Origin: Oscillospiraceae bacterium
GTDB taxonomy: Bacteria > Bacillota > Clostridia > Oscillospirales > Acutalibacteraceae
Reading direction: 5' to 3'
Assembly (NCBI GenBank): GCA_022508785.1
Contig: JAFLUN010000001.1
Location: 12,971-74,762, forward strand
DNA: 61,792 nucleotides
Part shown: positions 47,193 through 57,163 of the stretch, piece by piece
Layout of the letters: every line of letters starts with the position of its first letter
Numbering within the stretch: the first letter of the stretch is position 1
Made by a program: the position numbers and the translations under genes
Notes under the pieces: model-generated
Seen by the model: the letters and a program-made list of their open reading frames with translations, nothing else
What the model was told of the DNA's origin: nothing
Database searches by the model: none

Positions 47193-48536
47193 ATGACAGA
47201 AAAAGGCATTTCACATCGCGGAAAAATACGTTTGATAAGCTATATTACCTTTGCATTAGCGGCTCTGACGGTCTTTTCCGTTGTTCAATCGGTCAAAGTA
47301 GCAAGATATGAACGGGAAATTTTGCTGACCCGACAGCGCGCTCTCATTTCCCTTGACGAATATTTAAGCGATATAACATCAGACCTGCAAAAAGTGGTTT
47401 ATGTCAGCACACCGTCAATGGTTTCAAACCTTTCAACAAAGCTGTGGCGTGACTGTGCGGAAGCCAAAAACAGTCTTGCTCAGCTTCCGTCAAACGATTC
47501 TTCTATTTCAAACACATACGGTTTCCTGTCGCAAGTGGGCGAATATATTATGTCTATTCAGCGAAAAAGTATGAGAGGCGAAGAACTTACGGAAGATGAA
47601 AGAAAACAGTTACTTGAGCTCTGCGAATTTGCAAATTCCCTTTCGGAAAAGCTTAATTCAATGTGTTACAGCCTGCAAAACGGAACGTTTACTTTTGAGA
47701 AAAAATCCAATATGTTCCTGAGCACTAACGAAGTATCCGATACCGTTTTTGAAAAAATGGACGATGTTGAACAAACCCTTTCCGATGTTCCTTCCCTTGT
47801 TTTTGACGGGCCTTTCTCTAATCATATTGAAAATATGAAACCGAAATTGCTTGAAGGAGAAGAGGAAATCAACAAAAACCAGGCTCAGGAAATTGCAAAT
47901 AACGTTTGCGGTGACGGCAAAGAATTAACCTTTGCATTTGAAGAATCGGGCAATGTCCCCTGCTATGTTTTCAAAAATGACGACTGCACGGTTGCTGTTA
48001 CAAAGCAAGGTGGATATCCCCTTTATATGCTCAACTCCACCTTTGCAGGTGAAATAAATATTGAATACGAAGATGCGGTAAATAAGGCAAAAGAATACCT
48101 TAACTCAATCGGCTACAAGAATATGAAAGAGAGCTATTATTTTACCGACGACGGCATCTGCACAGTTAACTTTGCGTATGTTCAAGGCGATGCTATCTGT
48201 TACGCTGACCTTATTAAAGTAAGCGTTAATCTTCACAGCGGTGAAATTCATTCCTTTGATGCAACGGGGTATGTTTCCTGCCACACGAAGCGAACAGTTC
48301 CAGAAAATGCAATTACTGCGGAAGAAGGCAGAAAAAAGCTATACAGCGGTCTTGAAATTTCAAATGTTTCGGCCTGCTTTGCGCCGACTGAATGGAAAAG
48401 TGAAAACTACTGTTACGAATACCTTTGTACAACCGAAAACGGTCAGCAGTTACTTGTCTATCTTAATGCGGCAACGGGCGAAGAAGAAAACGTTTTAATT
48501 CTGCTTTACAGTGACGGCGGAGTTCTAACAAAATAG
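47193..48536 (+). CDS. ypeB: Germination protein YpeB (PepSY-domain)
   Basis: N-terminal TM helix, a long helical region (LWRDCAEAKNSLAQLP) and C-terminal PepSY-like repeats. Overall layout and length match YpeB. Confidence 0.7.
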   Translation: MTEKGISHRGKIRLISYITFALAALTVFSVVQSVKVARYEREILLTRQRALISLDEYLSDITSDLQKVVYVSTPSMVSNLSTKLWRDCAEAKNSLAQLPSNDSSISNTYGFLSQVGEYIMSIQRKSMRGEELTEDERKQLLELCEFANSLSEKLNSMCYSLQNGTFTFEKKSNMFLSTNEVSDTVFEKMDDVEQTLSDVPSLVFDGPFSNHIENMKPKLLEGEEEINKNQAQEIANNVCGDGKELTFAFEESGNVPCYVFKNDDCTVAVTKQGGYPLYMLNSTFAGEINIEYEDAVNKAKEYLNSIGYKNMKESYYFTDDGICTVNFAYVQGDAICYADLIKVSVNLHSGEIHSFDATGYVSCHTKRTVPENAITAEEGRKKLYSGLEISNVSACFAPTEWKSENYCYEYLCTTENGQQLLVYLNAATGEEENVLILLYSDGGVLTK

Positions 48537-48596
48537 AATAAAATTTTACAAACCGCCAATAATATAAACACAATAAAAACAAAGGAGGGTAAATCC

Positions 48597-48872
48597 GTGA
48601 AAAAAATAATATGTGTTATGATTATAGGAACGCTTCTCATTTGCACATTCTTTGCAGGCTGCGGTAAAACAGAGGACGGAAAGGTATCTGATACAAATAA
48701 TGCAAGCCAAAACTCAGAGACAAATTCAAGCTCTAACCCGAGCCAAACAAAAAACGGTCTTGACGATATGCTTACAGATGCAAGCGAAAACCTTTCAAGC
48801 GGCATAAGCGAAGTTTCATCAGATGTACAAAGTGCAGTTAATGAAGCCTCAACCGACATGACAAAAAAATAA
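48597..48872 (+). CDS. Hypothetical small lipoprotein, Ser/Asn/Asp-rich
   Basis: GGAGGG precedes the GTG. Signal peptide with lipobox FFAGC. Confidence 0.55.
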   Translation: MKKIICVMIIGTLLICTFFAGCGKTEDGKVSDTNNASQNSETNSSSNPSQTKNGLDDMLTDASENLSSGISEVSSDVQSAVNEASTDMTKK

Positions 48873-48885
48873 AAGCAAAAAGCAC

Positions 48886-48925
48886 AAAAAAATCCGCCGT
48901 ACTGTTGTACAGCGGATTTTTATTT
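48886..48925. terminator. Bidirectional rho-independent terminator
   Basis: The stem AATCCGCCGTAC/GTACAGCGGATT (one mismatch) is flanked by an A-run and a T-run. Confidence 0.6.
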
Positions 48926-48927
48926 TG

Positions 48928-51237
48928 TTAATTTACCGAAGCTACGATTTCGCCGTTTTGAACCGAAACCGTAATTTGATTTATGGGAAGCCCTGAATTG
49001 ATAATCATCATATTGGAAACTTTATCTTCAATATTTCTGCGGATAACATTGCGAAGGTCCCTGGCTCCTCTTGAATTTCCGTCCATTTTATTGACAAGCA
49101 CTTCGGGAATATCGTCACCGTAAACAAATTCAATGCCTTTATCGTGAAGAACGGTCACAATTTCAGATAGCATAAGCTTTGCAATGTCTTTATAATTTTC
49201 GTGGGAAAGAGGATTGAAAACAACGATTTCATCAACTCTGCCGATAAACTCAGGCCTTAAGAACTCTTTTAATGCTTTCATAACCTTTTCTCTTGAAATA
49301 TCACCCTCGGTTTTTCCGAAGCCTAAAGATGTTTCGCTGTTGTGACTGCCTGCGTTTGATGTCATTATAATTACCGTGTTGGCAAAGCTTACGGTTCTAC
49401 CGTGGGCGTCATTCGTCTTGCCCTCGTCAAGAATTTGCAAAAGGATATTCATAACGTCCGGATGAGCCTTTTCAATTTCATCTAAAAGGATAATTGAATA
49501 GGGCTTTCTGCGTACCTTTTCGGTAAGCTGACCTGCCTCGTCATAGCCTACGTACCCGGGGGGCGAACCGATAAGTCTTGAAACGCTGTGCTTTTCCATA
49601 AACTCAGACATATCAAGGCGGATAAGGGTTTCGGGAGTGTCAAAAAGCTCTTCGGAAAGCTTTTTAACAAGCTCTGTTTTACCTACGCCCGTGGGTCCAA
49701 CGAAAATGAAAGATGCAGGGCGTTTTTGAATAGTAAGCTGGATTCTGCTTCTCTTAATTGCGTTTGCAACAAGTTTAACCGCTTCGTCCTGACCGATTAT
49801 TTTTTCCATAAGCCTTGTTTCAAGGTCTTTAAGACGGTTAATATCACCCTCGACTACCTTGGAAACGGGTATTCCCGTCCAAAGATTTATAACCTTTGCA
49901 AGGTCTTCCTCAACAACTGCATTGTCCTTTGCCCTTTCGGTAAGCTCTGGAATAGTCTTTGAAAGAGCGTCAATTTCGCCCTTTGTGACCGACATTTGAG
50001 CGTAAATCGGCTCAAGGTCTGCCCCTTCGGGTGCCGTAGCAAGCTCGTCTTCAAGGTTTGCCATTTTCTTTTCAAGCTCTACGCTCTTTTTCTCAGCAAT
50101 TTCAAGCTCGCTTATAGCTTTGTTGCGAAGATTTGCGCAGGTGCAAGCCTCGTCAAGAAGGTCAATAGCTTTATCGGGCAAAAATCTGTCTGTAATATAC
50201 CTTTCGGAAAGAGTAACCGCCTTATAAACAAGGTTGTCGGAAATTCTTACACGGTGGAAATTCTCATAGTAATTCTTAATGCCCAAAAGCATTTTGTATG
50301 AATCGTCAATAGACGGCTCTTCCACTTTGACTGTCTGGAAACGGCGTTCAAGAGCGGCATCCTTTTCAATATGCTTTCTGTATTCGTTAAAGGTAGTTGC
50401 GCCGATAACCTGAATTTCACCGCGGGACAGAGCAGGCTTTAAAATGTTAGCGGCATTCATTGAACCTTCGGCATCTCCCGTGCCGATAAGATTGTGAACC
50501 TCGTCAATGAAAAGAATAATATTGCCTTCGCTCTTGACCTCTTCCACAAGTCCTTTTATTCTGCTTTCAAACTGACCTCTGAACTGTGTTCCTGCAACAA
50601 GAGCCGTAAGGTCAAGTAACTGAATTTCTTTATCAGCAAGCTTTGCAGGCACATTTCCTTCGGCAATTCTTTGTGCAAGCCCCTCTGCAATGGCTGTTTT
50701 ACCTACGCCCGGCGCACCTATAAGACAGGGGTTATTCTTTGTTCTTCTGCAAAGAATTTGGACTGTTCTTGCAATCTCCTGCTCCCTGCCGATTATTCGG
50801 TCAAGCTTATTTTCCCTTGCGCGCTGAGTTAAGTCTGTGCAGTAAAGGCTTAAGAATTTTCTTTTGTCGTTCTTAGTCCCCTGCTTTTTCTTTTTATTCT
50901 TTTTTTCGTCCGTGCCTTTTCCGTCGGCTACGGAATCATTATTGGGCTGAGCACCGCCGAACATACCCTGCATAAACGGAAATGTACCTGCGCCGCCAAA
51001 TTCAAAGCCGTCGTCGCCCATACTTTCCATCATCTGCTCCATCTGAGCGGAAACATCGTCCATATCTTCCTCAGTAATGCCCATATTTTCCATAATTTGC
51101 TTAACGGGACCGATATTCAGCTCCATAGCGCACTTTATGCACAAGCCTTCGTTAGTGGTTTTGTCACCTTCTAACTTTGAAATAAAGAATACAGCAGGAT
51201 TTTTTTTGCATCTGCTGCAAAGCATACCTTTGTTCAT
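48928..51237 (-). CDS. Class I Clp/Hsp100 AAA+ ATPase with N-terminal zinc ribbon (ClpE-like)
   Basis: CSRCKK...CIKC N-terminal Cys4, and two Walker A sites ([18 protein letters not shown]). No double Clp_N repeat is visible. Confidence 0.8.
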   Translation of the reverse strand: MNKGMLCSRCKKNPAVFFISKLEGDKTTNEGLCIKCAMELNIGPVKQIMENMGITEEDMDDVSAQMEQMMESMGDDGFEFGGAGTFPFMQGMFGGAQPNNDSVADGKGTDEKKNKKKKQGTKNDKRKFLSLYCTDLTQRARENKLDRIIGREQEIARTVQILCRRTKNNPCLIGAPGVGKTAIAEGLAQRIAEGNVPAKLADKEIQLLDLTALVAGTQFRGQFESRIKGLVEEVKSEGNIILFIDEVHNLIGTGDAEGSMNAANILKPALSRGEIQVIGATTFNEYRKHIEKDAALERRFQTVKVEEPSIDDSYKMLLGIKNYYENFHRVRISDNLVYKAVTLSERYITDRFLPDKAIDLLDEACTCANLRNKAISELEIAEKKSVELEKKMANLEDELATAPEGADLEPIYAQMSVTKGEIDALSKTIPELTERAKDNAVVEEDLAKVINLWTGIPVSKVVEGDINRLKDLETRLMEKIIGQDEAVKLVANAIKRSRIQLTIQKRPASFIFVGPTGVGKTELVKKLSEELFDTPETLIRLDMSEFMEKHSVSRLIGSPPGYVGYDEAGQLTEKVRRKPYSIILLDEIEKAHPDVMNILLQILDEGKTNDAHGRTVSFANTVIIMTSNAGSHNSETSLGFGKTEGDISREKVMKALKEFLRPEFIGRVDEIVVFNPLSHENYKDIAKLMLSEIVTVLHDKGIEFVYGDDIPEVLVNKMDGNSRGARDLRNVIRRNIEDKVSNMMIINSGLPINQITVSVQNGEIVASVN

Positions 51238-51902
51238 TATTTATCCTCTTTCTTTTTCTTTGCATTATCAAGAATTTGCTTTACAGAGCTGGGGAGATAG
51301 CTTATAAATGCAACGAAGGTAAGAATTACGGCTATAACCACAAGCACGAACATTACAGGCTCAGGCAAGGTCAAATTCGGGTAAGTTCTGCTGATAGCGC
51401 CTACCTCCGGTCCGAAGCCGATAATCAATATCATTACAACATAAAATACGAATGTTGCAACTTTGCCGTAAATCTCTGCTGCAACGGGGCGTGAACCCAA
51501 AGCTATGAGCAAAGCTCCGCCTAAAATCATAATTATATCTTTTGCAAGGAAAAGCAAAAATACCCATGCAAAAGCCTTCATTGATGCACTTTGAGCGTTT
51601 TTAAACTGAATGAATAAAACTATGGCGAGTGCAAAAATTGTCAGTTTGTCGGCAACCGGGTCAAGCATTTTTCCCAGAGCTGAAACCTGATTAAACTTTC
51701 GTGCAATTTTACCGTCAAGAAAATCAGAAATGCCTGAAACGGCAAGAACTGCCACAGACCACCAAATATAACCTTTAATATAAAGCACCGCAAAAACGGG
51801 AATAAGTATAATTCTTATTACTGACATAAGGTTCGGGATTGTAAGACAACCGTCAAAAATCCCCTTTAAATTGTCTTTTAAGTTTAAATTTTCTTCAGCC
51901 AT
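51237..51902 (-). CDS. pgsA: CDP-alcohol phosphatidyltransferase (PgsA-like)
   Basis: DFLDGKIARKFNQVSALGKMLDPVADK matches D-x2-DG-x2-AR-x8-G-x3-D-x3-D. Multiple TM helices. Confidence 0.65.
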   Translation of the reverse strand: MAEENLNLKDNLKGIFDGCLTIPNLMSVIRIILIPVFAVLYIKGYIWWSVAVLAVSGISDFLDGKIARKFNQVSALGKMLDPVADKLTIFALAIVLFIQFKNAQSASMKAFAWVFLLFLAKDIIMILGGALLIALGSRPVAAEIYGKVATFVFYVVMILIIGFGPEVGAISRTYPNLTLPEPVMFVLVVIAVILTFVAFISYLPSSVKQILDNAKKKKEDK

Positions 51903-51917
51903 TGTATTTTCTTCTCC

Positions 51918-52640
51918 TTACTTAAATGAATTTTGTAATTTATCTATAAACGGGTTAATGCTGTTCACAATTTCAATTACCTTTGATTCTCTTACTGCAA
52001 CGGCAAAATCACTGTCACCGCCCGAGAGCATCGTTACAAATACGGTTGAAACGATAATCAGCACCGCAAGCCCTCTCAGCGCTCCTAAAAGCGCTCCTAA
52101 AACCGTATCAACATTTTTAACTAACGGAAGCCTTATAACCTTTGAAACCGCCTTAGCCAGCAAGCGGAAAACAACCAGCAAAATTACAAACAGTATGAAG
52201 AATACTATAATGCGGATTGCCGGAACCGCTATGGGACGGACAAAATTTTCCTCAACCTTCTTGCCGATATCAGCCGTTTTTCCGTTTTTCACTGCGCCGG
52301 AAATTGTATTGCTTATATTTGCTTTAACATTATCCGTGTCAATTCCAGCACATTCAGCAAAATCAAAAACATACTCAGGAATAGAGTCTATAGCAACAAC
52401 GCCTAAATCCGCAGAGCCTGTTTTTTCGCTGATAGCGGAATCAATATTTTCAACTATATTCTCTTTAAGGAATGTGTCATAAGCGGTTTGGGATACGGGC
52501 TCGCTTATATAAGATGCGCAGAAAAGCGCCGCAATAATTGCAACAACCTCAAGCACGGTTAAAACAAAGCCTTTCTTTGCCGCGGCAATTACGAGAACAA
52601 TAAAAATACCTGCTAAAATAATATCTAATATAAGTGTCAC
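51918..52640 (-). CDS. CvpA-family membrane protein
   Basis: The N-terminus ILDIILAGIFIVLVIAAAKKGF and the multi-TM layout are typical of the colicin V production protein family. Confidence 0.6.
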   Translation of the reverse strand: MTLILDIILAGIFIVLVIAAAKKGFVLTVLEVVAIIAALFCASYISEPVSQTAYDTFLKENIVENIDSAISEKTGSADLGVVAIDSIPEYVFDFAECAGIDTDNVKANISNTISGAVKNGKTADIGKKVEENFVRPIAVPAIRIIVFFILFVILLVVFRLLAKAVSKVIRLPLVKNVDTVLGALLGALRGLAVLIIVSTVFVTMLSGGDSDFAVAVRESKVIEIVNSINPFIDKLQNSFK

Positions 52641-52660
52641 AAAATCACCTCTAAACGTAT

Positions 52661-53869
52661 TTATTCATCGGTTTTAACAGATGAATACTCAAAAATTCCT
52701 TCAGATGAAAAGACGTAAACTCTGCGTGAATAAACGCCCACGTCAATAGGATCTGAGGTTATTTCAGCCTTTCCGGTCATCTCCCCTTTCATATTGAAAA
52801 TGCAGACTTGACTGTCAGTCAAAACTGCGGTATATCTTCCGTCAGTTGAGACGGATTTTACAATTCCGGTAACCTCTGCCGTAAACATTTCTTTACCGGA
52901 TTTGTTATATACTTTTATTATTTTCTGCGTTGTGCTTGAATACTTTGAAAGCACAAGCACCGCAGTGTTATTGTCCGATACATAAAGTCTTGACGGAGTG
53001 TTTACGGAAACGTCAATTTTTTCGGAAACTTCTTCGCCGTCAATTATTTCGCAAACATTATTGCCGAATACAATAATTTTGTCGTTTGAGAGGAATTTAA
53101 CCTCTGTAAGTGCGCTGTCGTTATATTCAAAAGAAGCGTAAACCTCTGTTTTATTCTTTTCAAATACATATACTTTTGAATAAACAGAACCGTTATCTAC
53201 GCCCAAAACTGCAACGGCGTATTTTTTACCGTTATCGGAAATATCGCACGAAACGATATGCTCTTTAGCGCACGCCCATTTAAACGCTTCTTTATGATTT
53301 TTATCATAAACCGTGAGCATACTTTCGGCTCCGTCCGCTCTTGTGGCTACGGCAACCGAGCCGTCACGCCCTAAAGCTGCGGTCAAAATTATATAATCTG
53401 TTTGCTTTTCAAAAAGAACTCTTGTTTTTGACTGAGCTCTGAACTGTTTTGCGCCGATGTCATATAAAAGTATTCTTCCGGAAGACGTTTCAAGCATTGG
53501 GTGGTCAAAGCTGTGCTCTATGCTCGAAATCTCTTTTGCGGTTGAATCAATAACCTTAACACTTGCATCGTCCAGCAAAACTAAGTCGGAGTTTGCCAAT
53601 GAAACGTCAGTTGTGGAAATGCCCGAAGTTAAATACGGGAACCCGGGGCCTGCGCCGATTTTTGCAATCACGGTGCTCAGCCCGTCGGACACCATTGAAA
53701 CGGTAACGCCGCTTATTCTTGCGGCGGCAATGGAAACAAGAATTAAAATAACGAGAATTACGGAAATAACTCTTATTTTATTGGCGGTTTTTAAGCTTAT
53801 TGAAAGTCCGCCTTTTTTATTACTGTTTTTCTTTGGCTTTTTTCTGTTATTATTCTTTTTCTGTTCCAT
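52661..53869 (-). CDS. Hypothetical membrane-anchored protein with repetitive beta-strand (propeller-like) ectodomain
   Basis: Lys-rich N-terminus, one TM helix, then roughly 40-aa periodic strand-turn repeats (..DGS/DNG/DGR..). I can name no catalytic motif. Confidence 0.45.
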   Translation of the reverse strand: MEQKKNNNRKKPKKNSNKKGGLSISLKTANKIRVISVILVILILVSIAAARISGVTVSMVSDGLSTVIAKIGAGPGFPYLTSGISTTDVSLANSDLVLLDDASVKVIDSTAKEISSIEHSFDHPMLETSSGRILLYDIGAKQFRAQSKTRVLFEKQTDYIILTAALGRDGSVAVATRADGAESMLTVYDKNHKEAFKWACAKEHIVSCDISDNGKKYAVAVLGVDNGSVYSKVYVFEKNKTEVYASFEYNDSALTEVKFLSNDKIIVFGNNVCEIIDGEEVSEKIDVSVNTPSRLYVSDNNTAVLVLSKYSSTTQKIIKVYNKSGKEMFTAEVTGIVKSVSTDGRYTAVLTDSQVCIFNMKGEMTGKAEITSDPIDVGVYSRRVYVFSSEGIFEYSSVKTDE

Positions 53870-53885
53870 CTCTTGTCACCACATA

Positions 53886-54620
53886 TCAATAAAAAACTTT
53901 ATTTAAGTACAATCCCTCAGGCTTGGCGGTTACGCCTGCTCTGTTTCTGTCCTTGCTTTCGATAATTTGCGGAATTGTTCCGCTTTCAATTTTGCCGTTT
54001 TGAATATAGAGCAGCGTGCCGACCATTATTCTTACCATATTGTAAAGAAAGCCGTTGCCCCTTACGGTAATTTTTATTAAGTTCCCGTCCTTTTCCGCCT
54101 TACATTCGCTGATTTCACGAACTTTGTCCTGCACCTCGGAATCAGCACTGCAAAAGGCTGAAAAATCGAAAGTGCCGATAAAATCCTTTGCGTTTTTATT
54201 CATTTCGTTGACATCTAACGGATAAGGGTAAAACAAAGCTTTATTTTCATAAAAAGGATTTCTGTATTTGTCGTTATAAATTAAATAAACATATTCCTTG
54301 CCCTTGGCGTTAAACCTTGCGTGAAAGTCAAAATCAACTTCCCTGCAGTCGTAAACCGAAATACTTTCGGGCAAATAAAAGTTTAATGCGTTCGGGATTT
54401 TGTCGGCGGGAACGGTGCAATCCGTGCGTACGTTACAGCAAAACATATTGGCGTGAACGCCTGCGTCCGTTCTGCTGCAGCCGATTATATTTTCACTTTT
54501 TCCGCTGACGGAATTAAATGCGGCTTTTACACGGGCTTCAACAGTGTCTCCGTTATTTTGAATCTGCCAACCGTGAAAATGCGTTCCGTCATACCGCAAG
54601 GTTAAAAGTAAATTGCGCAT
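53886..54620 (-). CDS. truA: tRNA pseudouridine(38-40) synthase
   Basis: RYDGTHFHGWQ.Q and the catalytic GCSRTDAGVHA. ATG 54620 follows GGTGAG. It overlaps the ecfT 3' end. Confidence 0.9.
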   Translation of the reverse strand: MRNLLLTLRYDGTHFHGWQIQNNGDTVEARVKAAFNSVSGKSENIIGCSRTDAGVHANMFCCNVRTDCTVPADKIPNALNFYLPESISVYDCREVDFDFHARFNAKGKEYVYLIYNDKYRNPFYENKALFYPYPLDVNEMNKNAKDFIGTFDFSAFCSADSEVQDKVREISECKAEKDGNLIKITVRGNGFLYNMVRIMVGTLLYIQNGKIESGTIPQIIESKDRNRAGVTAKPEGLYLNKVFY

Positions 54621-55431
54621 TATACTCACCGAATTTAATATTTAAGAATATTACGCCTGCAACGAAAGCAACGGTCAAAAGTAACGCCGCCCAGTCGCCT
54701 TTTTTGAATTTAAGCGTATTCATCGTAGTTTTTCCCTTACCGCCGTTATAGCAGCGGCAGGTCATGGCGTATGCTAATTCATAGGCTCTTCTTGTTGCGT
54801 TGAAAAGCAACGGAACAAAAAGCGGTATGAGCATTTTTGCACGCTTAAAAATATTTCCGCTTTCAAAATTAGCGCCCCTTGATTTTTGCGCTGAAATAAT
54901 TTTATCCACCTCGTCAATAAGGGTGGGAATAAACCTTAAGGCGATTGTCATTATCATCGTTACGATATTAAAATCAATCCCTAACTTTGTAAGCGGCGCA
55001 AAGGTGCGGTCAAGCCCGTTTGTCATAGACGTGGGCGAGGTTGTGTAAGTAAGCATTGTGCTCATTACAATCAAAAATGAAATACGAAACGTGAGGAATA
55101 CTGCCTCTAAAAGTCCTCCGCTTGTAATTCTGATTTTCCAAAAGGATATTAACGGAACACCCGTTTTTACATAGATTATTTGCAAAAGAGACGTAATGAT
55201 AATTACAAAAAGAATAGGTTTAAGACCTTTTACAACCGTTTTAAGCGGCACTTTTGAAATGAATGTTACGGCAAGCGCCACGGCAATGCAAAGAGCGAGG
55301 GAAACAAAATTGTTTGTAAGTACTATCGTTATTATGAAAACGAAGGTATATAAAAGCTTTATGCGTGGGTCTAAGCGGTGAATTACGGAATTTAAGGGGA
55401 AATACTGCCCTATGGTTATGTCTTTAAGCAT
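54589..55431 (-). CDS. ecfT: Energy-coupling factor transporter transmembrane protein EcfT
   Basis: The LHRLDPR.K motif (VIHRLDPRIK), the AQKSRGA coupling helix, and its position after two ecfA genes. Confidence 0.88.
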   Translation of the reverse strand: MLKDITIGQYFPLNSVIHRLDPRIKLLYTFVFIITIVLTNNFVSLALCIAVALAVTFISKVPLKTVVKGLKPILFVIIITSLLQIIYVKTGVPLISFWKIRITSGGLLEAVFLTFRISFLIVMSTMLTYTTSPTSMTNGLDRTFAPLTKLGIDFNIVTMIMTIALRFIPTLIDEVDKIISAQKSRGANFESGNIFKRAKMLIPLFVPLLFNATRRAYELAYAMTCRCYNGGKGKTTMNTLKFKKGDWAALLLTVAFVAGVIFLNIKFGEYNAQFTFNLAV

Positions 55432-56290
55432 TTGCTTCCCCTCCCGTCAAAACTCGTTTGATTTCAAGGTAAGCCTGCTCGACAGTATACACCTTTTCGC
55501 TGACAGGATAACCTTTAGCGTGCAGTTTTGCGAAAACCTCCGTAATTTGCGGAACGGAAAGACCGATTTCAGTAAGCTTTTCGCTTTGCTCAAATACCTC
55601 GTCAACAGTACCCGTCATTAAAACCTTTGAGTTATACATAACAATAACCTTTGAGGCGATTTTTGCCACGTCATTCATACTGTGAGAAACGATTACAACG
55701 GTTTTGCCCGTGCGGTCACGGTAATTTTTAATAAGCGACAAAATCTGCTCCCTGCCTTTAGGGTCAAGCCCTGAGGTAGGCTCGTCAAGAATGAGAACTT
55801 CAGGCTCCATTGAAATAACGCCTGCTATAGCAACACGCCTTTTCTCACCGCCCGAAAGGTCAAAGGGGTGAGTTTTGAAAGCTACTTCGGGAATGCCCAC
55901 GTATTTTGCGGCATCACGGACACGCTTGTCAACCTCTGCTTCAGTTAGCCCCATATTTTTAGGGCCGAAGGCTATATCCTCATAAACCGTATTTTCAAAA
56001 AGCTGATACTCGGGATACTGAAAGCAAAGACCGACACGAAAGCGAGTTTCAAGGGTTTTAGCCTTTGAGGAACGAATATCCTCCCCGTCAATTAAAACTC
56101 TGCCCGAAGTTGGCTTTAAAAGGCCGTTGAGCTGTTGCATTAACGTGCTTTTTCCAGAACCTGTATGACCGATTACTGCAACAATCTCGCCTTTTTCAAT
56201 TTCTATATTAACTTTATCAAGGGCGGTCACGCAAAATGGCGTTCCTTCGCCGTAGATATAAGATAAATTTTCCGTTTGCAAAAGAGACAT
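55424..56290 (-). CDS. ecfA2: ECF transporter ATPase EcfA2
   Basis: Walker A GHTGSGKST, signature LSGGEKRR, Walker B ILILDEPT. GAGG precedes the ATG at 56290. Confidence 0.88.
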   Translation of the reverse strand: MSLLQTENLSYIYGEGTPFCVTALDKVNIEIEKGEIVAVIGHTGSGKSTLMQQLNGLLKPTSGRVLIDGEDIRSSKAKTLETRFRVGLCFQYPEYQLFENTVYEDIAFGPKNMGLTEAEVDKRVRDAAKYVGIPEVAFKTHPFDLSGGEKRRVAIAGVISMEPEVLILDEPTSGLDPKGREQILSLIKNYRDRTGKTVVIVSHSMNDVAKIASKVIVMYNSKVLMTGTVDEVFEQSEKLTEIGLSVPQITEVFAKLHAKGYPVSEKVYTVEQAYLEIKRVLTGGEANA

Positions 56291-56298
56291 ATTTAACC

Positions 56299-57144
56299 TC
56301 AATCAAGAATTTTTGCTAAAGAATTTACAAGCTCGTCAACGCTTAAATGATTGCCTGAAATTTCGATCCCGTCATTTTTAAGCATTTGAGCCAAAGCGCA
56401 GGTCTGCGGTACGTCAAGCCCCAAACCTCGAATAAAATCAACATCTGAAAAGATTTCCCGCGGAGTGCCGTCAAGAACTAAACGAGCATCGTCCATTACA
56501 ATAATTCTTTCAGCCTCGCAGGCCTCTTCCATATAATGAGTAATAAACACAACCGTTATGCCCAGCTCGCGGTTTAACCGCTTCATAGCGTTCATAACGT
56601 CTCGCCTGCCCTCAGGATCAAGCATTGCGGTCGGCTCGTCAAAAACGATGCACTGAGGCTGCATTGCGATTATCCCTGCAATTGCAACTCTCTGCTTTTG
56701 ACCGCCTGAGAGCTTGTGCGGCTCGTGCAGTCTGTATTTATACATTCCCACAACATTCAGTGCCTCGTCAACACGCCTGCGTATTTCGGCAGGCTCTACT
56801 CCTAAGTTTTCAGGGCCGAATGCAACATCCTCTTCAACTATTGTTGCGACTATTTGGTTGTCGGGATTTTGGAAAACGACACCTACCGTCTGTTTTATTT
56901 TCAGATCGTCATCTTCATTTTTTGTGTTCATTCCCAGAACGTAAACGTCTCCCGATTCAGGTATTACAAGCCCGTTAGAAAGCTTTGCCACGGTAGATTT
57001 TCCCGAGCCGTTGTGACCGAGAATTGCCACAAACTCGCCTTTTTTTATTTCGAGAGAAAGATTTTCGACTGCGGGTGGGAGCGGTTGCTCGTCTCCCTCA
57101 TACCGAAAAGTCACGTTTTCAAATTTTAAAATTGTTTCTGCCAT
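56299..57144 (-). CDS. ecfA1: ECF transporter ATPase EcfA1
   Basis: Walker A GHNGSGKST, signature LSGGQKQR, Walker B CIVFDEPT. Confidence 0.88.
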   Translation of the reverse strand: MAETILKFENVTFRYEGDEQPLPPAVENLSLEIKKGEFVAILGHNGSGKSTVAKLSNGLVIPESGDVYVLGMNTKNEDDDLKIKQTVGVVFQNPDNQIVATIVEEDVAFGPENLGVEPAEIRRRVDEALNVVGMYKYRLHEPHKLSGGQKQRVAIAGIIAMQPQCIVFDEPTAMLDPEGRRDVMNAMKRLNRELGITVVFITHYMEEACEAERIIVMDDARLVLDGTPREIFSDVDFIRGLGLDVPQTCALAQMLKNDGIEISGNHLSVDELVNSLAKILD

Positions 57145-57163
57145 AGTTTTTCCTTAAAGCATA

